Assembly (NCBI RefSeq): GCF_009914755.1
Contig: NC_060931.1
Origin: the human T2T-CHM13v2.0 reference genome, Homo sapiens
Reading direction: 5' to 3' (one strand)
DNA: 64,000 nucleotides
The position numbers were made by a program, and so were the translations under genes. Shown piece after piece: positions 55,631-64,000 of the stretch. The number at the start of each line of letters is the position of its first letter. Position 1 is the first letter of the stretch. Under the pieces are notes generated by a model that searched no databases, was not told the DNA's origin, and saw nothing but the letters and a program-made list of their open reading frames with translations.

Positions 55631-57699
55631 AAACATTATTAACAAAATGTACTATCTACTAGGTGGACTGGGTTTTGCCAAATAGACACAACTTTTCTTA
55701 AAGGGATTCCAGTAAGATTGGGCTAGCTTTGCAGAGAGGAAAGCCTGGAGTTAAACAAAGTCACCAGCTGAGAGGCTTGGTTGGAGTAGCTGACCTATAA
55801 TCTTGACCTTGAAAATCTGCTGTATAATCTATAGCTTCAGATCAGAAAGGAAATAGGAGCAGTTCTGGGCGTAGCACACTTTTGTGTGATCATGTTCAGT
55901 GTGTCTCCAGCACCTAAAGCAGTGACTGGCACGTAGTAAACCCTCAGTAAATCCGTGGCAAATCCTTGAGTATGAGAAGCAGAATAGCATAATGGTTATG
56001 TATGTATACTTTGGAGTCACATAGCTGGATTTGTTCTATATCTTCCACTTAATAATTGTATCATTATTTGGCAAGTTTTCTCCTCTGGCTCAAGCAATAT
56101 AATGCCTCTGTTTTGACTCAGTTTTCTTTTCTGTTTGACAAAATTTTAGTGATTCATCTAATTACTGTAAAATTAAGCAAGATAGTATTTGAAAAGTAAT
56201 TAATCCTGTATCTGGAGCAAAAAATGGAAAATTTTATTACCTTAAAATTTTAACCAATAAAAAATAAATTTGCTTATTATTTGTATCCTCTCTCCCATTT
56301 CTGTCTCCTAGTATTAAGACAGAGAAATGCTATCTATGAAAACAGATGGAAAATTTCTGATTATTTTCCAGACTACCTGATAAGACAGCCAGTATGAAGC
56401 CTTGCTGCTCCAATACCATGGGATTCCGAAATAGGAGCCCACTGAGCAGAAACATGGCCAACCCTCTAGATTGTGAGGCTCTTCAGTAGAAAGCAAAAGA
56501 GAATAAAAGGACTGCAAAGTATGGCAAAGGAAAGCTTCTCACTACCATTAGACCCTGGGGTTCATCATTTTGAGACCACAAAGCAATAGGTTTCTGAGGA
56601 AAGGAAGATGGTATGGTAGATCCGAGACACTGCTTGGGAATTCCCACCTATCCCAGTAGATTCTGCAACAAGAATTGGAGCTGTGAAATTGGAATCAGAA
56701 ATAAAGAATTGTTTTCTGTGTTCTGTGTGTATCTAATGGGTTTGTTAAAAGACTGGTTAAAGCACAGGTTATAGGCTGGCATCACCCTCACCCTTCCTTC
56801 CTTCTGCCTTCTCTAAAGAAGCTACAAGACTCAGATTATGGAACACATTAGAAAGTCAATTCATTGCATGAGAATGAAGCTGGAGAAGGAATAAGGATGC
56901 AAGAAGTCACTGAGTGGTCTTGTTACTTAATATAAATCAATCAATAATTCAGTGACTTTAATTTTAACAGGAAAATGTATGCTTCCTTTTATAAAGATAT
57001 GTGTGAGTGAATGCATCAATATATTCTGCTTCACTGAGCTTTAGTTGTGCAAAGTTCTTGCCTTGAGTTATTTGTTTGGAAAATTGCTTAATTTTCAACT
57101 CAGTTGATAAAGCATAGCTTTAAACTAATGATTTGAAGACTTTTACACTTTACCCTGAGAATTTAGAGTCACCTTCTTTTCAAAAACATAGTTAAGACAC
57201 CAAATAATAATTGTCTAGGAAAGTCTGGAAGCTGTGCTATCCAGAGAAAATAACCTTTTGAGAGATTTAGAATTTCTATTTCTTGACCCGAGAATTCCTT
57301 TAGAATTTAAACATTAAAGAAAAGCTAATGAAATGTTACAACCAACCCTGCTCCCATATATTCTGTTTTGTTTTGTTCTTATATCATAGGAAGGCATTTT
57401 ATTTTATTTTTAATGTAAACTCACAACTAGTTCTACAAGTTAACAGAAGAAAAGGGGGTGGCTTATACAGGTACAGTTTCAAGGACATTATCCAAATCAT
57501 GTCTTCTTTTTGCTGAGCTTAATGTCTCACAGTTCACCTTTTTGGTATCACTTTAATGAAACTGTCTTTTTTTGTGTGAATTGCTGCTGATTGAAAAATG
57601 GCTAAATCTTAACTGAGATGGAGAAGTATGTTTACACCTTAGCAGTTCTAATATACCTGCTTATTAATCCACTTAAAAGAGCCTGCAAACAAAGCTGGG

Positions 57700-57870
57700 C
57701 TGCATCCGGGGCTGGCGTGGACTTTCATTTCAGAGACTCGGTTTTTAAGAAGATGCGTGCCAAATGTGTTGTTCTTTTTTTTTTTTTCCCAATGATTTGT
57801 AATATACATTTTATGACTGGAAACTTTTTTGTACAACATTCCAATAAACATTTTGATTTAAAAAAAAAAA
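57700..57870 (+). pseudogene. Probable retrocopied mRNA 3' UTR end (parent not identified)
   Basis: UTR-like text ending AATAAA (57843-57848), an 11-nt spacer and A11. The 5' boundary is uncertain and I see no clear TSD. Confidence 0.5.
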
Positions 57871-60800
57871 GAATAAAACTGAGGTCCAGATAAAAAAGGC
57901 GGCAAAATGCTAGGAGCAGAAGGAAAAGAATGTGAGAGAAACCTAGGGAATGAAAAGTGAATGCCCAGGATTTATGAAGACCATGGGGGAACCAGGGAGT
58001 AGCAGAAACAAGCTGGGGCCGTAAAGAGGAAGTCAGTGAAATGACTGTGGTGATTCCCATGATACTTCATCCTCTATTCCATCACTACTTCTTTAATGCA
58101 CGTGAATTGTTATGGTCTAAGGAATAAAGATTTATGAAGTTGGAGCTAAGTTGATATATTCATTCATTTATGTAGTCCCTGAAAGTATGTTTTACTTTCC
58201 CTTTGTCCAGCTACTATGCAACATTTATAAAGCAGCCTAGAAAAGACCGTTAGTAAAGAAGGTGGCACAGGATTTCAGAGGTTTAATTCATTCTCTATGT
58301 TAAAAGTAATATGCCAATGGCTCAGCAGTTCATATGTTAGAATGTATTATTAAAATAAGAGACACATCAAGAGTTATGGTAAAAATGAAGACTAAAATAT
58401 AATTTCACTTTTTTCTGAAGTCAAATATTAATAAATTTAATATTTTTCAAAATCAAGTTACACAACTTTTAGCTTCTATGCTGAAAACTTTTCTGAGAGA
58501 CTGGTTAATTAAATTAGTGTTGCAACTAAAATTCTTTAGTTTTAGAGATTTTCAATTTAACTTTTTTGTTACTGACTAAACAAACAATTAAGAAAGCCTT
58601 CTATTATTTTAACATATATTAGTGGAAATTTTACATTAGGAATACATTGTTCTTGACTTATAAAAACATGTGACAATATACAGGAGGCTTTACTAGAATT
58701 TTTAAGGGATTCTATATGAGTAACAGTACTCCCTACTGATTCTTCCTGCATATAAAGCATGAAAAATTATTAATACAACCAAAAAAGTCTTTTGTGATAT
58801 CAATGGTATTTTTCTAGACCTAAAATGTTTAGTTCCTAAGTCTTTTAATATTAGATGTGTGAGATTACTGATTTTGCTTTTTCTAAGGCTTTCTATTTAG
58901 GCTGCATATTTTAATAAACAAAGGATGTCATACTTTTAATTCTTATGGTTCCACACATTCAAAACTCTTTTACTTTACTTGGTGAAACTGTTTTTTTAAA
59001 AACAGTTGGAACAATAATAATTCTTCTCATGGTATACATTCAATACAAGCATGTCAGACTGTGATACATTCGTCTCACTACTCTCTTTACAGTCTCCTTG
59101 GAAAAAAATGAATGCATTTTCTCACTCTTAATACTACATATAGATTGTAAAATATGCAATCCTTTAATTTAAAATAAATGTTTTTTATAAATAAAATTTA
59201 CTTAGACTACAGTATTTATTTTTATATTTACTTTATATTGATTTTTGTAATTATAAAACATTATACTTCCCACTATTAAGAAAACCTGCTCAATAAATAG
59301 ATAAGTATATATAATTGATTATAAAGTTCACACATATCATACTCAATGAATACCAAATATAGCATAATTAAACTATTAAATGCAATTTTTTAAAGCATAT
59401 GGTTGCTTCTTACATGGCTATGTCAGAAATGTCACATATTCTTTTAGTAAATAATGGGAATGTAGTTAAACAGAAAAGTGAATAAAGATGCTATCAAATA
59501 ATAATAATGTTTATTTGTAGGTCATAAGTAGAAATGAGGCTTACATTTTAAAACTACATTTTGCAAGTGATACTAGTTTTAGAAGTCCGATTCCAGGTTC
59601 TTCACAATCCCATTTTAGATTCAGTGAGCATATTCTACATTGTGTATTTTGGTAACCACTGTGAAATTTTTGTCTAGTTTCCCTTGCCCAGAGTTCAAAA
59701 ACATTTTTCATATTTTTAAATATTTATTTATAGTAGAAAAATCAATAATTAAAAGATGAAATTTAAAAAGCAGAAACATTAAACAGAATTTTCTACTCAG
59801 TGGGCACAAAGCAGACCCTCAGAGAAGAGAAAATAGTATTATGTGGCCATAATATCCTGTCTCCTTCTAATGAAGAAACTGAGATCCATTCTGCCTTCAG
59901 ATATCACTTCTCAAATGTTTGAGGATACATTTTCCTGTTGTCACAAGAAATCAAGGCACAGAATGGGATAAAGGAGGGAAAAGGCAGCTACAGAGAGACA
60001 GTATTATTATCCAGAGCTTCAGTGTAAGGGTTCAAAACCCAGTTCTACTCCATGACCTATGCAATTTGCTGAATAGGCATAATAACCAACCCACCTAGAG
60101 CACTTACAGTGGGCCAGGTGTTGTTCCATGCATTATGTTATTTTCACTTAAGCTTCTCAAAATATTATTTTACAGATTAATAAATCAAAGTTACTTTGCT
60201 TCTCTCTGTTCACTTTAATAGTTAAGATCTTATTTCAAGTCATCATCTCCAGTGCCCATACCCTAAACCACAAATCTACATCCCTTTAAGTTAGAGTTTA
60301 CAACCATACAAAATGAGGGCATGAATGAGTATAACTGTATGCTCTGCTTACTGTCATAATAAATTTAATTATGGCTAAATGGATGTTGAAAACCTCTCAT
60401 ATAATAAGTTTTAGGTAAGTATAGACAATTGCAAAGCTGGAAGCAGAGTAGATACAATGCCTGGAATCATAAAATGGAGTTTTAGAGAATGTCTTGTTCC
60501 ATTAAATTTAGATTTGCAAATCAGATAAATCAAATCTAATCTTGAAAGGGAATGGACTTCTCAAAGCCACTGACTGCTAATCACATAAACTAATTTTGAA
60601 ATATCAACTTTGTTTGATATTGCCTAAAATGTTGACTTTTGAGAAAGGCTTAACGAATATTTCACATGCAACAAAGGATTTAAAAAATAATTACTCAAAT
60701 TGGCAAATTCAGGAATCTAAAAGTTTTTATTGACATTGGCATGATAGAATAATAAATTCCAGCACACAATTTATTTGACTGATGGCCTGGTAGTGTCCCA

Positions 60801-62677
60801 GTAATGTTAAACCCATAGCTTTTCCACTCATATACAATATTGGTTGTTATATAAATGTCAGATACCACAGGCTTTGATACTAGGGGCCAGCTTGGTGAAT
60901 TGAACAGGGCAGTGGCCTGGGAAACCATAGGCATATCCTCTCGACACAGTTTGCATAAATCTGAGCAGATCACTAATCTTTGTTGAACCTCTGTATTAGG
61001 AGCATAAGGTATTTTATTTAAAGAAATAAGTCATGAACACTTTGATATGCCAGGAACTATTCAAGATAGCCTCGATTCATGTCCTGAATGTGTGTAGATA
61101 AATTTATAATGTAATGAACTGAGGAGCTGACACTTTATTTTGGTGAGTGTGTAGTGGTTGGAGGTCGAGGAAGGAAGGAGCAATAATGAATCAGACGCAA
61201 ATGAACTGGCTATATGTCTAAAAAGAGTGATTATATGTGACATGTTTTATTTTTAAGTCTATAGAAGATGTTTGGTCATCTAAGAGCCAGGAGCTAGTAC
61301 TGAATGATCTTCAGCTAGAAAGCCGAACTGGATGACCTTAAATTAAAATATTTGCATCAGTGTTTCAGTGTTATCAGCTCAGAGAACTCTTGTGTTTCCT
61401 CAACACTTTCATACGTAACTCTTTCTCTGTATGTAATACTGCTGCTATTCATTTTTAGCTTTCTTTGCATAATATCCGTAGAGGGCAACTGAATCTAGAC
61501 AGTGATTTTAAAACAAAATAAAACATTGTATTAGTCACAGAGACAATATAGCTTTCAGAAGTTTTATTAATGTCTGCCTTTCAGGAGCTGCTTTGAAAAA
61601 TGACATGAGAATATCATAAAGTAAAATGCTTATAAGATTCAGATATACTAAATATAATTTTCTTGAACTTGATTAAAATTATTACTAGTTAATCAAACTG
61701 TATTTCATCCACTGCTTTCTACTCTTTGTCACTTTTTAGCAAGAATTTTGGAGATAATTCATAGGGAGGAAAACAAAGAAGCAAAGACCTTGTAAGGAAA
61801 ATCCAAATAGAATAAAATTGCAAGTAAACAGAAAACTGTGTGCTTAAAAAAGATTTTCATGCTTTAAAAAAATACGTATATACCTCCAAGTTTGGGTAAT
61901 TAGAAAATTGTCTGTTATAAATAATTTTCTTTTAGACATTTTCTTAATTATTGCCCTATCACTTAACAGTTTTTCCCCCCGGCTACCACCACACTGGTGT
62001 TATGGTCCTGTTGAATAGGGGGATCAAGTTGTTACTTGAGTTGTGGCACCATAACAGTCTTTAATAAACAGAAGCATATCCTAGGTGAACATAAACATTG
62101 TTGTAATTTATGGAAATATCAGTTTCAAGTAAAATGAGCAGCTTTGGTTGTCAACAAACAAAAACAAATCGGCTAAATTTTAAAGATATAATATTTAACA
62201 TAACTAGATTACTGAACTAGTGTCTCAGGTGTGTTTGTCTACTAATAATAAAACATTCACATGCCTTGAATAATTTACTATTAAAACTTTCATCTGTTAA
62301 ACCAACCATAAAATTGCTCCTTTACTTACTATCAGATGACAACATTGATTTATAGTGACATATGAGTTCAACTGAGGAGGTAAATACTCCTAGAAATATA
62401 CTTTGGCCTACATGAGCAAAATAAAACTTTGAATTAAAAATACTACGAAAAATATTTTATTTTTGCAATATATACTTTTCACTGTGTACTCTTATTTAGC
62501 TAGTAAAAATGTTTCACATATAACTATTTCAAAGTTTTGTTGAAAAATAATTCTGTTGAAAAAGGACAGATGAGAATACATACCTACTTATATAAATTTC
62601 AGACTTATTCTTACCTTTCCATTTTTGGTAAAATTTATAAAAAATACCGTATGCAATGTTGGCAGATTGCTCAGATG

Positions 62678-62851
62678 CAAGGCTGATTTCATGAGCATGC
62701 AGCATGCACAGTCAGAGAGGGGTCTGGACTTAGAAGGACCCTGCTCTCGGTTTAATCCTCCATTGTCACCATATTGAAATTCTTAATATTTGAATAAGGG
62801 CCCCCCATTCTTATTTTGCACAGGACCTTGAAAATTATGTAGCCTGTCCTT
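62678..62851 (+). mobile_element. MER91A-like hAT-Tip100 MITE
   Basis: CAAGGCTGATTTCATG...GAAATTCTTAATA...AAATTATGTAGCCTGTCCT with a perfect 8-bp TSD CTCAGATG. Confidence 0.8.
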
Positions 62852-63411
62852 CTCAGATGCTCACTACATCTGTGATTACAATATTGCTTGTACTGGTAAA
62901 AGAAATATAATCAATTTAGACATGTAAATAAACCGTCTATTAGGTAGCTTGGCAGCCCTTTCACTGGGACAACTGCTCACTGAAGACTGGGCTCTAAAAA
63001 TTACATTGCTGCTTTGAGACTCTCACCAAAGCTAATTGGTATCATCTTTCCCAGAATTGACCATTTCAGCTCTTCATGGGATATCCCCAGAACCATTTAA
63101 TTAATTATTTTTTAGCTTAGCGGAGCCTGTACAAATTTCAGTTGAATTGAAACAAATAAGAATTAAGTTATACACACATCATAAATAGAAATTTCATTAA
63201 AATAAGTAATAGAAACAACCAAATATAATACAATATTAAGAATAATGAGATGGAACTATAAATATGTCCAGAAAATTATACAAAGTATGAGAAAGATGCA
63301 TGACAATATAGGGGGCAGTGTCTCCTTTATGTTATTTTGTTTTAGAAATACATTCAAATATAAACAGATTTTGAAGAGATCAAAGTGTTAACAGAGATGG
63401 TTATAGGAGGT

Positions 63412-63545
63412 AGCTTTTACATATAGTATATGGGATATATATCCCATATGGGATATATGTAAAGCTTTGCATTCAGATTCAGATATGTAAAGCTTTACAT
63501 ACATCATATATATATATATATATATATATGACCTTATATATAAGG
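63412..63545. repeat. Chain of AT-rich palindromes including (TA)n
   Basis: Five perfect palindromes of 14-28 bp read directly. Confidence 0.85.
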
Positions 63546-64000
63546 GTTGGCTATAAGATAATTTATATTTCTACAGTATAATATATAAAATTTTGCTTTA
63601 TTTAAAAAATTTTACCAAAAATGTTTCCTTTGTAGCTAGAGGAATCTTAAGATTGGTCTTTCTAACAAAACAAATGTCTGATATGACTTCCTTTGTTGAA
63701 TATATTCTTCCACATTTTCAAAAATATTTGGTCATTCCCTAAATAAACACTTTAAATTATTGTGAGTTTGAAACTGTAACTAGTAGAGTTAAAACGTGAA
63801 CTACTGCAATCATCTATATTCCCCCTAGATCATGTTAGTTATTCAACTATTTCAAATTTATGAAAATGAATTCATGTTTGACATTGTGCATATACAGACT
63901 CTTTAAGCTTTAAATATAGCTTACAGCCAAAAAAAATCAGTTAAGGAATCTCGTACGGTGATTAGATATAAAAATGCAGCCCTTATCCTCAAAAAATCAC

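Overview
Human-type (primate) genomic DNA, AT-rich, carrying the 5' end of PCLO (Piccolo, presynaptic active-zone scaffold) on the minus strand. It contains the CpG-island promoter and exon 1 (CDS 31811-31564), exon 2 (25611-23967; Pro/Gln decapeptide repeats and most of zinc finger 1) and exon 3 (4875-3469; ends within zinc finger 2). Intron 3 runs off the left edge. The three exons splice in frame (248+1645+1407 = 3300 nt, 1100 codons), but only if intron 1 uses a GC donor. The ~32 kb upstream of the promoter has no credible gene and is made of repeats: Alus, a two-LTR MaLR (MSTA/THE1D-like) nested in an L1M that is nested in an L2, THE1C and MLT2 solo LTRs, MIR/L2/MER relics, STRs and a short retrocopied mRNA 3' end. 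I found no wholly new gene system. The best leads are regulatory: a second in-frame donor behind a (TA)n microsatellite at exon 3, a symmetric exon 3 whose skipping or circularisation would rebuild hybrid zinc fingers, a weak GC donor overlapping RBFOX motifs and a hairpin, an intronic REST/RE1 site, a strong-Kozak uORF and a T17 acceptor tract. Repeat subfamily calls come from remembered consensus sequences and are approximate.
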